A program made the translations under genes and the position numbers. From Anaerolineaceae bacterium (lineage in GTDB: Bacteria > Chloroflexota > Anaerolineae > Aggregatilineales > Phototrophicaceae): a stretch of DNA of 64,000 nt. The notes beneath the pieces were generated by a model, which was not told the origin of the DNA, made no database searches, and saw nothing but the letters and a program-made list of their open reading frames with translations. This document shows, in pieces, positions 10,161 through 19,627 of the stretch (its first letter is position 1; the number at the start of each line of letters is the position of its first letter). Where the stretch lies: assembly GCA_002702065.1 (NCBI GenBank), contig NZXX01000004.1:131748-195747 (forward strand), read 5' to 3'.

Positions 10161-10421
10161 CTATTCTGCCTCCTGACCCTTTTGTTGTTCCAGTTTATAA
10201 AGTCCCTTTTCTCCGGCCCGCCCTGCGCCAACCGGTCAGCACGACCACACAGATAGTCCACTCGGCTCATTTTCCCTCAGCTAGCTGGCTGATTTTCGTA
10301 CAACGCGCACCAATATCGTGATAGGTTAATCACAGAACTCAGCACCTGCTCAGGTGGGTGATCTTGTTAGGGGTGGCGGTTCTATTGAGAATTCTGAACA
10401 ACTTTAGATGTATTGAGGAGA

Positions 10422-11513
10422 ATGGCTATGGTTAAACTTAAACGGAACGTAATCGGCCTGATGGCAGCACTGACACTTGCGGTGGGCGTGCTGGCAACCC
10501 CGGTCCTGTTTGCGCAGGAAGATGAGGATACGGTCACTTGCTCCTCCGATCTGATTGTTATGCTGTATGTGGCTGAACGTTATTTTGATTATGCCAATAT
10601 TCATGGTATGGCCATGGACACCGACACCGAGGCGTTGGATTTGACCACGATTGATCGTGGCCAGTTTGCCCCGGCTTTCGACGCGATGATGCTGACAATG
10701 GGCGAAGACAGCATGACGGATGAGTCGGCTGCTTCTGACCTGGCAGACCTGATGGCAATGGACGAATCCGAACTCAATGATCAGCTGGCTGGCGATATGG
10801 ACACCAGCGACATGACCATGACGCCCCTCACCCCGGCAGTCGTTGAAGACGAACCCGAAGAATGTGCCCAGCTGCGCGCCGAACTGACCCACTTCTTTAC
10901 AGCGGTGATCGTACATGACATGTCGATGGAAGCCGACATGGGCGATATGGATATGCCGGACATGGAAGTGACCGAAGAAGCCACCGTTGAGGCGGACATG
11001 ACGGAAGCGGTCGACATGGACATGACCGAAGAAGTTGAAATGACTGCTGAGCCGACGATGGACATGGAAGCGACGGAAGAAATGGACGTCACACCGACGG
11101 CTGAGCCGACTTCCGAAGGTATGGACGCCGACATGACCGAAGAAGCGGCTATGGGCACCACCTATACCGCGCCGCTGTCCGGCCCGCAGGAAGTTCCCGG
11201 CCCGGGTGATGCGGACTCAACCGGAACGGCAACCGTCACCATCAATCAGGAAACCAATGAAGTCTGCTGGGATATTACCGTGATGAACGCCATGCTGCCC
11301 GCTACCGGGGCTCACATTCATGTCGGTGCCTTCGGTGAATCCGGTGATGTCGTCGTACCTCTGAGCGCACCCGATGCCAGCGGCGCAGCCAGCGGCTGCA
11401 CCACAGCGGATGCCTCGGTTGTTTCTGCCATTGTGGCGAACCCAGCGGGATACTACGTGAACATTCATACAACGGACTTCCCCAGCGGTGCCCTGCGCGG
11501 TCAGCTGAGCTAA
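10422..11513 (+). CDS. Secreted CHRD-domain protein with Met/Asp/Glu-rich repeat region
   Basis: The N-terminal signal-like segment is KLKRNVIGLMAALTLAVGVLATPVLFAQE. The C-terminal CHRD-like domain is LSGPQEVPGPGDADSTGTATVTINQETNEVCWDITV...GAHIHVGAFGESGDVVVPL...YVNIHTTDFPSGALRGQL. The start is ATG 10422 or 10428, after GAGGAG. Confidence 0.8.
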   Translation: MAMVKLKRNVIGLMAALTLAVGVLATPVLFAQEDEDTVTCSSDLIVMLYVAERYFDYANIHGMAMDTDTEALDLTTIDRGQFAPAFDAMMLTMGEDSMTDESAASDLADLMAMDESELNDQLAGDMDTSDMTMTPLTPAVVEDEPEECAQLRAELTHFFTAVIVHDMSMEADMGDMDMPDMEVTEEATVEADMTEAVDMDMTEEVEMTAEPTMDMEATEEMDVTPTAEPTSEGMDADMTEEAAMGTTYTAPLSGPQEVPGPGDADSTGTATVTINQETNEVCWDITVMNAMLPATGAHIHVGAFGESGDVVVPLSAPDASGAASGCTTADASVVSAIVANPAGYYVNIHTTDFPSGALRGQLS

Positions 11514-11543
11514 GCCCGAAACCAATCAAAACCATTCATGCAA

Positions 11544-11575
11544 ACACCCCTGTCACCGCGAAGGGGTGTTTTTGT
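11544..11575. terminator. Rho-independent terminator between convergent genes
   Basis: ACACCCCT-gtcaccgcga-AGGGGTGT followed by TTTTTGT, lying between the CHRD gene stop and the exonuclease gene stop. Confidence 0.65.
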
Positions 11576-11579
11576 ATCG

Positions 11580-12161
11580 CTAGGTAGCGGCAGCCATCGC
11601 GCGTACAAGTGCCAATGTCAGCCGAGCGTCACCCAGCGCGCTGTGGGTATCCTTCACGGGGATGCCGTAATGTCGCGCCGCCATCGCCAGTTTGTGCCAG
11701 CGTGCCCGCCCCCGCCCGCGCGAGGCATACGTAAAACGCGACATGGCGTAGGCTTCGGCAAACGCCTCCATCGCGCACCACCAGCGGCTGCACGTTTTCC
11801 ACTCCACTTTGGGCAGGCGGGCAAATTCAGCACTCTGATACATCATCCTGCGATCAAAGACCGCGTTATACACCACGAGGTTGCGCCCGCGCAGCAGCGC
11901 CTCAACCTGCTCGGTGATCTCGCCCCACCCCGGTGCCTCAGCCACCATGCTGTCGGTAATGCCATGAATGCGCGTTGCGTCGTATGGGATACGGCTGACC
12001 GGCTTGACCAGTGTATCCAGCAGCACGTTATCCGCTGAGTCCACTACGGCGATCTGCACGATTTCGGCCTGGTGGATGCCCGTCGTCTCCGTATCCAGCA
12101 CCAGATAATCACCCTGCTGAATCATCTGCTTAAAGGCCAACAGACTCTGATACGTACGCAT
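11580..12161 (-). CDS. DnaQ/epsilon-like DEDDh 3'-5' exonuclease
   Basis: Exo motifs are LVLDTETTG, VVYNAVFDRRM and HSALGDARLT. I prefer the ATG at 12161, which is preceded by GGGAGGG. The longest ORF (to 12251) would overlap the divergent gene start at 12226. Confidence 0.85.
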   Translation of the reverse strand: MRTYQSLLAFKQMIQQGDYLVLDTETTGIHQAEIVQIAVVDSADNVLLDTLVKPVSRIPYDATRIHGITDSMVAEAPGWGEITEQVEALLRGRNLVVYNAVFDRRMMYQSAEFARLPKVEWKTCSRWWCAMEAFAEAYAMSRFTYASRGRGRARWHKLAMAARHYGIPVKDTHSALGDARLTLALVRAMAAAT

Positions 12162-12225
12162 GATACCCTCCCAATCAACGTGGGTCGGTTTATAATAAAG
12201 GAAAAGCGGATCGAAAGGTACAGGC

Positions 12226-13662
12226 ATGTCTGTCAACAGCGCTTCAACCAATTATCGTTTAGGCCACATCGAGACGGCTCGCGCCGAATTTGAATCGGCC
12301 TACCCGAACTTCAATGGTGATGTCCTGGCAAACCTGCGCACCCGCGAATATGGCCGTCTGGATGAACAGGACCATGTCTATCTCGATTATACCGGCGGCA
12401 GCCTCTACAGCGTCTCCCAGCTTCAGCATCACATGACCCTGCTGGCGAGTGGCGTTTATGGCAACCCGCATTCCAGCAACCCCAGTTCGATGGCCGCCAC
12501 GCAGCTTGACGAAGCCGCCCGCGCCTATGTCATGCATTTCTTCAACGCCTCGCCCGACGAATACATGCTCATTTTTACGTCGAATGCCAGCGGTGCGCTC
12601 AAGCTGGTGGGCGAATCGTACCCCTTCGCCCCCGGCGGGCAATATGTCCTGACGTTTGACAATCACAATTCGGTCAACGGCATCCGCGAGTTTGCGCGTG
12701 CCAGAGGCGCCCGTGTAACGTACGCGCCCGTCATCCCGCCCGACCTGCGCATTGACGCCAACCGGCTGCGCGAACTGCTGGATTCGATTGATCCCTCGGC
12801 AAACAACCTGTTCGCCTTCCCGGCCCAGTCGAATTTCTCCGGTGTGCAGCACGATCTGTCATGGATCGCGAAAGCACAGGCCAAAGGCTGGGACGTGCTG
12901 CTGGATGCGGCGGCCTTCGCCCCGACAAACCGCCTTGATCTCAGTCGCCATCAGCCCGATTTTGTGTCGCTGTCATTCTACAAAATCTTTGGCTATCCGA
13001 CCGGCATTGGCGCGCTGATCGCCCGCAAAAGCGCCGTCGCCAAACTGCGCCGCCCCTGGTTCGCTGGCGGCACCATCACCGTCGCTTCGGTACAGGGGGA
13101 TGGTTATTATCTTGAAGATGATGAAGCGGCCTTTGAAGATGGCACCATCGACTATCTGAACCTGCCGGCTATCGAAATCGGCCTCAGGCACATCGAGCAG
13201 ATTGGCATCGACAGCATTCATAACCGGGTTACCGCCCTGACCGATTGGCTCCTCCGTCACCTGCTTGACCTGCGCCACAGCAGCGGCCAACCGCTTGTGC
13301 GCATTTATGGCCCGACCGAGAGCGTCCAGCGCGGCGGCACGATCTCGCTCAATCTTTATGACGCGGATGGCAGACTCATTGACTATGAGCTTGTCGAAGC
13401 CCAGGCCAATGCCATCAACATATCGCTGCGAACAGGCTGTTTTTGTAACCCCGGCGCGAGCGAACTGGCCCTCGGCATCACCAAAGAACACCTCGAGGGC
13501 TGTTTCAAAGACGAGGCACGCATGACCTACGAACAATTCATCACGGCGATGAGCGCCAAAATTGATGGCGCGGTGGGGGCCATTCGCGTTTCCGTCGGTC
13601 TGGCGACCACCTTCGATGATGTCTATCGCTTCATGGGCTTCATGGAGAGGTTCATCAGCTGA
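12226..13662 (+). CDS. Class V aminotransferase-fold protein (molybdenum cofactor sulfurase N-terminal / cysteine desulfurase-like)
   Basis: 478 aa. The PLP-lysine region is SLSFYKIFGYPTGIGALIARK. Overall it resembles MOCOS-type desulfurase domains without a MOSC domain. Confidence 0.8.
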   Translation: MSVNSASTNYRLGHIETARAEFESAYPNFNGDVLANLRTREYGRLDEQDHVYLDYTGGSLYSVSQLQHHMTLLASGVYGNPHSSNPSSMAATQLDEAARAYVMHFFNASPDEYMLIFTSNASGALKLVGESYPFAPGGQYVLTFDNHNSVNGIREFARARGARVTYAPVIPPDLRIDANRLRELLDSIDPSANNLFAFPAQSNFSGVQHDLSWIAKAQAKGWDVLLDAAAFAPTNRLDLSRHQPDFVSLSFYKIFGYPTGIGALIARKSAVAKLRRPWFAGGTITVASVQGDGYYLEDDEAAFEDGTIDYLNLPAIEIGLRHIEQIGIDSIHNRVTALTDWLLRHLLDLRHSSGQPLVRIYGPTESVQRGGTISLNLYDADGRLIDYELVEAQANAINISLRTGCFCNPGASELALGITKEHLEGCFKDEARMTYEQFITAMSAKIDGAVGAIRVSVGLATTFDDVYRFMGFMERFIS

Positions 13663-13671
13663 GCAAAGGTT

Positions 13672-13699
13672 TTGACAAAGCAGGAATATAATTTATAAT
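13672..13699 (+). promoter_or_regulatory. Sigma70-like promoter for the sugar ABC transporter operon
   Basis: TTGACA (13672-13677), a 16-nt spacer, then TATAAT (13694-13699), ~55 nt upstream of the first permease gene. Confidence 0.5.
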
Positions 13700-13753
13700 T
13701 CTTGCACCATAGGCACGATTCTTTTGATAGTCGTTTTTTAGAATGAGAATTTT

Positions 13754-14707
13754 ATGGGTGTTCATGATACAACCGCATCCGGTACCGTTTCGGGCCGCCG
13801 CCTGACTCTGAATCCGCTGGCATTGCTCGGCAACGTCTCTGAGGGACGTTACTGGGCTTACTGGCTGATCATCCCCAGCCTTATCCTCGTCGCAGCCGTT
13901 ATCCTCTACCCCGTCATCTCTGGCATTGGCCTCAGCTTTCAGGAAATGCGCCCCACCATGCCTGACCGCAACGGCTTTATCGGGCTGGAGCATTATCAGG
14001 ACCTGCTGACTGATACGGTCTTTCAAAAGGCTGTCCGCAATACGCTGGTTTGGGTGGTCGTCGGCGTCATTTCCCAGTTTATGATGGGGCTGATCACAGC
14101 GCTGGCACTCAATAAGGGCGGCATCCTGATGAAGATTGCCGGGGTGATTGTGCTGCTGCCCTGGATCATGCCCTCGGTTGTGGCAGGCAACATCTGGGCG
14201 CTCATGCTCGATTCCAGGCTGGGCGTCATCAACGATATTTTTGTCAAAATCGGCCTGCTGGAACAATACAAAGCCTGGTTTGCAGACCCCAATACCGCCT
14301 TGCCCGCCACACTGGTGATTTCGCTGTGGCGCGGTTTTCCGTTCTTCACGCTGCTGCTGCTGGCCGGGTTGCAGGCCATCGACGACGACCTGTACGAAGC
14401 CTCCTCGGTCGACGGGGCCAACCGCTGGGACCAGTTCTGGCGCATCACGCTGCCGCTGCTGCGCCCGGTGATCGTGGCAACCGTCGTGCTGCGGGTGATC
14501 GGGCTGGTCAACTCGCCGGACCTGCTGCTGCTGCTGACCAACGGCGGGCCGGGCCATGCCACCCAGGTGCTGTCACTATACGCCTTCCAGAAGGCCTACA
14601 CCGATTTCGACTTTGGCTACTCAGGCGCGATCTCTGTGGTGATGTTCCTCATCCTCATGGTCTTCACAGTCATCTATGTGCGCGTCACACGCGTGGCGGA
14701 GGATTAA
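13754..14707 (+). CDS. Carbohydrate ABC transporter permease (MalF/UgpA-like)
   Basis: 317 aa with six hydrophobic segments and an EAA-type loop, YEASSVDGANRWDQFWRITLPLLRP. Confidence 0.9.
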   Translation: MGVHDTTASGTVSGRRLTLNPLALLGNVSEGRYWAYWLIIPSLILVAAVILYPVISGIGLSFQEMRPTMPDRNGFIGLEHYQDLLTDTVFQKAVRNTLVWVVVGVISQFMMGLITALALNKGGILMKIAGVIVLLPWIMPSVVAGNIWALMLDSRLGVINDIFVKIGLLEQYKAWFADPNTALPATLVISLWRGFPFFTLLLLAGLQAIDDDLYEASSVDGANRWDQFWRITLPLLRPVIVATVVLRVIGLVNSPDLLLLLTNGGPGHATQVLSLYAFQKAYTDFDFGYSGAISVVMFLILMVFTVIYVRVTRVAED

Positions 14708-14708
14708 A

Positions 14709-15551
14709 ATGCTGTCGAAAAAAGCATCAGATCGTCTATGGAGCAGCCTGGCCTACGGCGTTATCCTGGCGGTGATTGTCTTCTCCATTGGCCCGATCCT
14801 GTGGACGATCATCACTTCATTAAAGCCGGAACAGGATATTGTCACGTCGCAGCTCCAGTACCTGCCGCGCAATATCACCTTTGATAACTACGTCGCCATC
14901 TGGACGCGGTCGGGCTATCCCCGGCTGATCGGCAACAGCGCCATCGTCACGATCATTACGCTCGTCATCTGCATCATCATCGGCACGCTGGCCGCCTATG
15001 GCTTCTCGCGCTATCAGTTCCGCGGGCGCAACCAGCTGCTGCTGCTCTATCTGGTCATCCGCATGTTCCCGGTGGTGCTGATGATCGTGCCGTTGTGGAT
15101 CATGATGCGCGGTTTCGGCCTGCTCAACACGCATTTTGGCCTCGGTATCGCCTATACGACGTTTCTGCTGCCCATCTGCATCTGGATGATGAAGGGTTTC
15201 TTCGACGCGATTCCGCCAGAACTGGAAGACGCCGCCCGCATCGACGGCTGCACACGGCTAAGCGCCCTGTTCCGGGTCGTGCTGCCGCTGGCGCGTGGTG
15301 GGCTGGTTGCGACGGCGGTGTTTATCGGCATTGCCGCCTGGAATGAATACTTGTTTGCGCTCATGTTCACCAACAGCCAGAGTTCGCAGACGTGGCCGGT
15401 CGGGCTGGCGCTGATGGTTGGCGAGTTCCAGCTGCCCTGGGGTGCGCTCAGCGCGGGTGGCGTGATCAGCATTATCCCGGTTATCATCCTGTTTGGCATC
15501 GTGCAGCAGTCGCTGGTACGCGGCCTGACAGCCGGTGCGGTAAAGGGTTAG
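14709..15551 (+). CDS. Carbohydrate ABC transporter permease (MalG/UgpE-like)
   Basis: The EAA loop is LEDAARIDGCTRLSALFRVVLPLARG. The start is set at ATG 14709, preceded by GGAGGA and 2 nt after the upstream stop. Confidence 0.9.
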   Translation: MLSKKASDRLWSSLAYGVILAVIVFSIGPILWTIITSLKPEQDIVTSQLQYLPRNITFDNYVAIWTRSGYPRLIGNSAIVTIITLVICIIIGTLAAYGFSRYQFRGRNQLLLLYLVIRMFPVVLMIVPLWIMMRGFGLLNTHFGLGIAYTTFLLPICIWMMKGFFDAIPPELEDAARIDGCTRLSALFRVVLPLARGGLVATAVFIGIAAWNEYLFALMFTNSQSSQTWPVGLALMVGEFQLPWGALSAGGVISIIPVIILFGIVQQSLVRGLTAGAVKG

Positions 15552-15626
15552 GGAATTCCTGCTGACGTTCAGCAGCTATTCGGTAATCGATATAGACGTT
15601 TTATGAAAAGTTTACGAGGAGAAGTT

Positions 15627-16892
15627 ATGTCTAAACAGATGAGTCGTCGCAATTTTCTGCGCGCAGCTGGCATGGGCACCGCCGGGCTGGCGCTGGCAAA
15701 TTATCTGCCGGCACTGGCACAGGACGATTTACAGGCTACGATCAATTACTGGCATCACTTCACCAGCGAAACCGAGTTTCTCGGCATGGAACGGGTGATG
15801 GCTCTGTTTGCAGAGAAATATCCGGGCGTCGAGGTCATCCAGGAAAATATCCCCAATGCGGACTTTATGGCGAAGTTCACGTCGGGTGTGCTGGCCGGTG
15901 AACGCGCCGACACCACCATGATCAGCGTCGCCCGCCTGCCAGATATGGTGGCGATGGATGGTCTGGTCCCCCTGACCGATCGCATCAACAACTGGGAGCT
16001 GAAAGAATACTTCCCGGACAATCGCTGGGAAGGCATCACCGTTGATGGTGAAATCTACGGTATCCCGGCCTTTACCTTTGTCGACTGGGGCTATTACCGC
16101 ACAGACTGGTTTGAAGAAGCCGGGATAGAGCCGCCGCAGACTTTTGACGAATTCCTGGAAGCCGCCATCGCTCTGACGGACCCTGAGCAGGGCCGCTACG
16201 GGTTCGGGATGCGCGCCGGTGACGGTGGTCAGGGCTTCATCATCGCCGTGATGGAAGCGTTCGGCACCCAGATCGTCGACGAAAATGGCGAACCAGCCAT
16301 CGACCGCGACACCGCTATCGAAGCGATCAAGTGGTATTCCGACCTGTACACCGTGCATAACGTTGTGCCGGAAAGTGCCCCCAGTGACAGCTACCGCCAG
16401 ATCATGGAAGGTTTCAAAACCGGCCAGACCGCGATGGTATGGCATCACACAGGCTCACTGACCGAAATCGCCGCCGCACTGGAACCGGGTGAGCAGTTCC
16501 TGCCCATTATCCGCCCGGCTGGCCCAGTCAATCACGTCGCCCGCCTCAGCTACCTGTACAATGGCGTGATGAAAGAAGACAACATCGACGCGGCCTGGGC
16601 ATGGGTCAGCTTCTGGGGTGAACTCGACCCGACAATCGCCTTCCTCGAAGAAACCGGTTACTTCCCGGCATCGCAAGAGGTGGCCGAAGACCCACGCATC
16701 ACTGAAAATGACCTGTACACACCGGCGCTCGATACGCTGGCATTCGGTGGCCCGGAACCCAACTTCGTGGGTTACTCCGGCTGGACCACCAGCGTTGTGC
16801 TGCCAGAGTTCCAGAAGGTTCTGGTCGGCGAAGCGACCGTCGAACAGGCGGTGGATGCGATGATCGCCGGGCTGGAAGAAACACTCGAATAG
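15627..16892 (+). CDS. Extracellular sugar-binding protein of ABC transporter (Tat-type signal)
   Basis: Twin-arginine signal MSKQMSRRNFLRAAGMGTAGLALA. The protein is family-1 SBP-like. The start is at ATG 15627, after GAGGAGA. Confidence 0.9.
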   Translation: MSKQMSRRNFLRAAGMGTAGLALANYLPALAQDDLQATINYWHHFTSETEFLGMERVMALFAEKYPGVEVIQENIPNADFMAKFTSGVLAGERADTTMISVARLPDMVAMDGLVPLTDRINNWELKEYFPDNRWEGITVDGEIYGIPAFTFVDWGYYRTDWFEEAGIEPPQTFDEFLEAAIALTDPEQGRYGFGMRAGDGGQGFIIAVMEAFGTQIVDENGEPAIDRDTAIEAIKWYSDLYTVHNVVPESAPSDSYRQIMEGFKTGQTAMVWHHTGSLTEIAAALEPGEQFLPIIRPAGPVNHVARLSYLYNGVMKEDNIDAAWAWVSFWGELDPTIAFLEETGYFPASQEVAEDPRITENDLYTPALDTLAFGGPEPNFVGYSGWTTSVVLPEFQKVLVGEATVEQAVDAMIAGLEETLE

Positions 16893-16908
16893 ATTTTTGC
16901 AGCATTTC

Positions 16909-16932
16909 CAGGGGCGATTCGTGAATCGCCCC
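16909..16932. repeat. GC-rich perfect palindrome (REP-like), copy 1
   Basis: AGGGGCGATTC-gt-GAATCGCCCCT lies between the convergent SBP and uxuA-like genes. A near-identical copy is at 28327..28352. Confidence 0.7.
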
Positions 16933-16959
16933 TACAAGTTATTGGATACCCTACCGAAG

Positions 16960-17934
16960 TCAACCCGCCGACTGCTTCCGGGCCGCCTCGATCAATCCGC
17001 GCATATAGCCAAACGCAAACACCTTACCCATCACCATATAACCGGGATGTTCGTTCGACTCGCCTTCGAGCGTGGGCGCATGATCAGGCCGGATCGGCCC
17101 ATCAAAGCCAGAGTCCAGATACGCCTGCATACAGGCCAGCATATCGGTCGGCCCTTCATCGTGGAACACTTCGCTAAAGCTGGGGATTTTGCTGCTGACA
17201 TCACGGAAGTGAGCAAAGAAAATTTTATTGCGCTCTCCAAAATAACGAATCGCTTCCGGGACATCACGCACATCGGCCATCGCCGCGAAGTTCCCCTGGC
17301 AGAATGTCAGGCCATTGTTGGGGCTGGGGACCAGTTCGATCACATGCTTAAACGCCTCGAAGCTGCGCATGATGCGGGCCATCCCGCGAATCGGTGACAA
17401 TGGCGGGTCATCCGGGTGGAGCGCCAGGAAAACGCCGGATTCCTCAGCGACGGGCACGACCCGCTTGAGGAAGTATTCGAACGCATCCCAAAGCTGATCT
17501 TCACCAACTTCGCCATATTCCGTCAGCGGCGCATTCTGCATCAGTTCATGTTTATAGCTGGTGACAAGCGCCCCACCCCGGCCCCGGTCCGCCAGGGACG
17601 TACGCAGCCAGCCAAAGCCCGCCATCCAGTTGTAGCACAGCACCGGGATACCGGCGGCCCCCATGTTGCGCACCGACTGGCAAAAGTGATCCAGGTCTTC
17701 ATCACGTCCTGGCAGCCCCAGCTTCACCCGATCGGTCACCGGCACACTTTCGAGCACGGTCAACTTCAGCCCGGCAGCCTCGACCCGCTGGCGCATCCGC
17801 AGCAGCGCCATAAAATCCCAGACCGGGCCGCTGTCGCCCTCCGGCCTGCCGGCGACAATATCGGCTACTCCAAGCTGGCTCGCCAGCCGCAGCGCCCCAT
17901 CTGTCAGTGGAACTGGATAAAATGCAATATTCAT
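16960..17934 (-). CDS. uxuA: Mannonate dehydratase-like (UxuA family, short form)
   Basis: 324 aa. It has the LALHPDDPPLSPIRGMARIM motif characteristic of UxuA and a TIM-barrel-like layout. It is shorter than E. coli UxuA, so the assignment is moderate. Confidence 0.65.
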   Translation of the reverse strand: MNIAFYPVPLTDGALRLASQLGVADIVAGRPEGDSGPVWDFMALLRMRQRVEAAGLKLTVLESVPVTDRVKLGLPGRDEDLDHFCQSVRNMGAAGIPVLCYNWMAGFGWLRTSLADRGRGGALVTSYKHELMQNAPLTEYGEVGEDQLWDAFEYFLKRVVPVAEESGVFLALHPDDPPLSPIRGMARIMRSFEAFKHVIELVPSPNNGLTFCQGNFAAMADVRDVPEAIRYFGERNKIFFAHFRDVSSKIPSFSEVFHDEGPTDMLACMQAYLDSGFDGPIRPDHAPTLEGESNEHPGYMVMGKVFAFGYMRGLIEAARKQSAG

Positions 17935-18071
17935 AAATCCATCCTTGTCAGGTGACTAAGCCATTATCCATTGGAGCATTTTCCGCTACCGATGTCAATG
18001 AATTTGCCCAACAAAAAACCCCGGCACACAACCGGGGTAGAATGGTTTCTGAAGTTATTGCGGCGGGCCGA

Positions 18072-18464
18072 TCAGGACTTCAGCAAAGCGTCCTCATCGA
18101 CACTCAGTGTGACCCGATCCTCGCTGACGCCCGCGATCTGGTCGTGGGTGATAAAACGATCCGACTTGAGGACACCCGCGTCGACTCGGACATAACCATA
18201 GCGACGCAGACGCTCGACCATCTCCGGTGGCAGATCATTGCCGGGTGCCAGCACCTGAGCAAAATCATCAATCCAGGTCCGGTTTTCGCTGGTTGGCTTC
18301 TGATCAGTGGTGGCTTCCACTGCCAGATTGGTCGGGTCTTCGTCGCCCATCTGGATAAATTCCACCGTACCCACTTTTTCGCCGTCCAGGTCGTAAACTT
18401 CCATACCTTCGCGGATTTTTGCCATCACCTGATTGGTAACGTTGTCCATTTGTTTGTCCTCCAT
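18072..18464 (-). CDS. Hypothetical acidic protein (possibly PRC-barrel/DUF2171-like)
   Basis: 130-aa ORF with coding-like composition. The segment MEVYDLDGEKVGTVEFIQMGD resembles PRC-barrel-type small proteins. No firm family call. Confidence 0.5.
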   Translation of the reverse strand: MEDKQMDNVTNQVMAKIREGMEVYDLDGEKVGTVEFIQMGDEDPTNLAVEATTDQKPTSENRTWIDDFAQVLAPGNDLPPEMVERLRRYGYVRVDAGVLKSDRFITHDQIAGVSEDRVTLSVDEDALLKS

Positions 18465-18643
18465 GAGAACTCGCTTTACCCTTCCAGTTTAAAAAACCAG
18501 CGGCGTTGACGCATCATACACATGGTTGGTTTCGGTATAGGCCACCTGAAAGAACCGCTTTTTAATCGGCCCTACACAATCCACACGGCAGCGCTATACT
18601 CCAATAAGTTGTAGCCCTGCTTCGCAATCATGAAAGATCACCC

Positions 18644-19570
18644 ATGGCTATCGCACTGCAAGTCGCTTATGACGTCATCCTGCCCATCTTCATCGTTGCC
18701 GCGCTCGGGTTCTGGTTTGGTCGACGCTTTCACCCGGACCCGCACAGCCTTTCCCGCACCGCCATTTATCTGTTCTCGCCAGCGCTGGTCTTCCAAAGCA
18801 CGGCCAATTCGACATTGCAGGCGGGCGAAATCGGCCAGATACTGGTCTTTGTGACGATTCTGTTCACACTGATTGCGATCATGGCGTATTTATTAGCCCG
18901 CACGCAGCACAGGCTGCAAGCTGCCACCCAGAGCGCCTTCGTCCTCAGCGTGCTACTGTCGAACTCCGGCAATTTTGGCCTGTCGTTTGTCGAGTTCGCC
19001 TTTGGGCAGGCCGGCATGCAAATCGCGGTGCTGGTGGTGGTGATGAACTCGATTATGAGCAACACCCTCGGCATCTACATCGCATCTGCGGGCACCGCCT
19101 CCATGCGCGAAGGGATCATCAATATCCTCAAGGTGCCCATTATTTACGCCACCATCCTGGGCTTAATCGTCAAATTCGGCGGCATCGAACTGCCGGTGCC
19201 CCTCACCCGCTCGGTCGGGCTCCTTAGCCAGACTGCCGTCCCCATCATGATTGTGCTGCTCGGCATCCAGCTTTCGCGCATTTCGTTCAAAGGCGAATTC
19301 CGGGCCATTTCGCAGGCGCTGGCGCTGGCCTCGATGGCGCGTTTGCTGATCGTCCCGGTCATTATTCTGGGCATCACCGCCTTTATGAGTATTCAGGGTC
19401 TGACGCGCAATGTCCTGCTGCTCCAGCTGAGTACGCCGACCGCCGTATATGCCACGCTGCTGGCAACCGAGTTCGGCAGCGACGCCCAGTTTGTCACCAT
19501 CAATGTGCTGGTATCGACCGTCGCCAGCCTGCTCACCCTCAGCCTGCTGATGGCCTTGTTTGTGGGATGA
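18644..19570 (+). CDS. AEC (auxin efflux carrier) family transporter
   Basis: 308 aa with ~10 TM segments. The N-terminus VILPIFIVAALGFWFGRRF is typical of the AEC family. Confidence 0.85.
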   Translation: MAIALQVAYDVILPIFIVAALGFWFGRRFHPDPHSLSRTAIYLFSPALVFQSTANSTLQAGEIGQILVFVTILFTLIAIMAYLLARTQHRLQAATQSAFVLSVLLSNSGNFGLSFVEFAFGQAGMQIAVLVVVMNSIMSNTLGIYIASAGTASMREGIINILKVPIIYATILGLIVKFGGIELPVPLTRSVGLLSQTAVPIMIVLLGIQLSRISFKGEFRAISQALALASMARLLIVPVIILGITAFMSIQGLTRNVLLLQLSTPTAVYATLLATEFGSDAQFVTINVLVSTVASLLTLSLLMALFVG

Positions 19571-19627
19571 AAATCGGCGGCACGTTATACTTCAGGTTGG
19601 GTAGCATCCGCAGCACAAGGAGACAAT

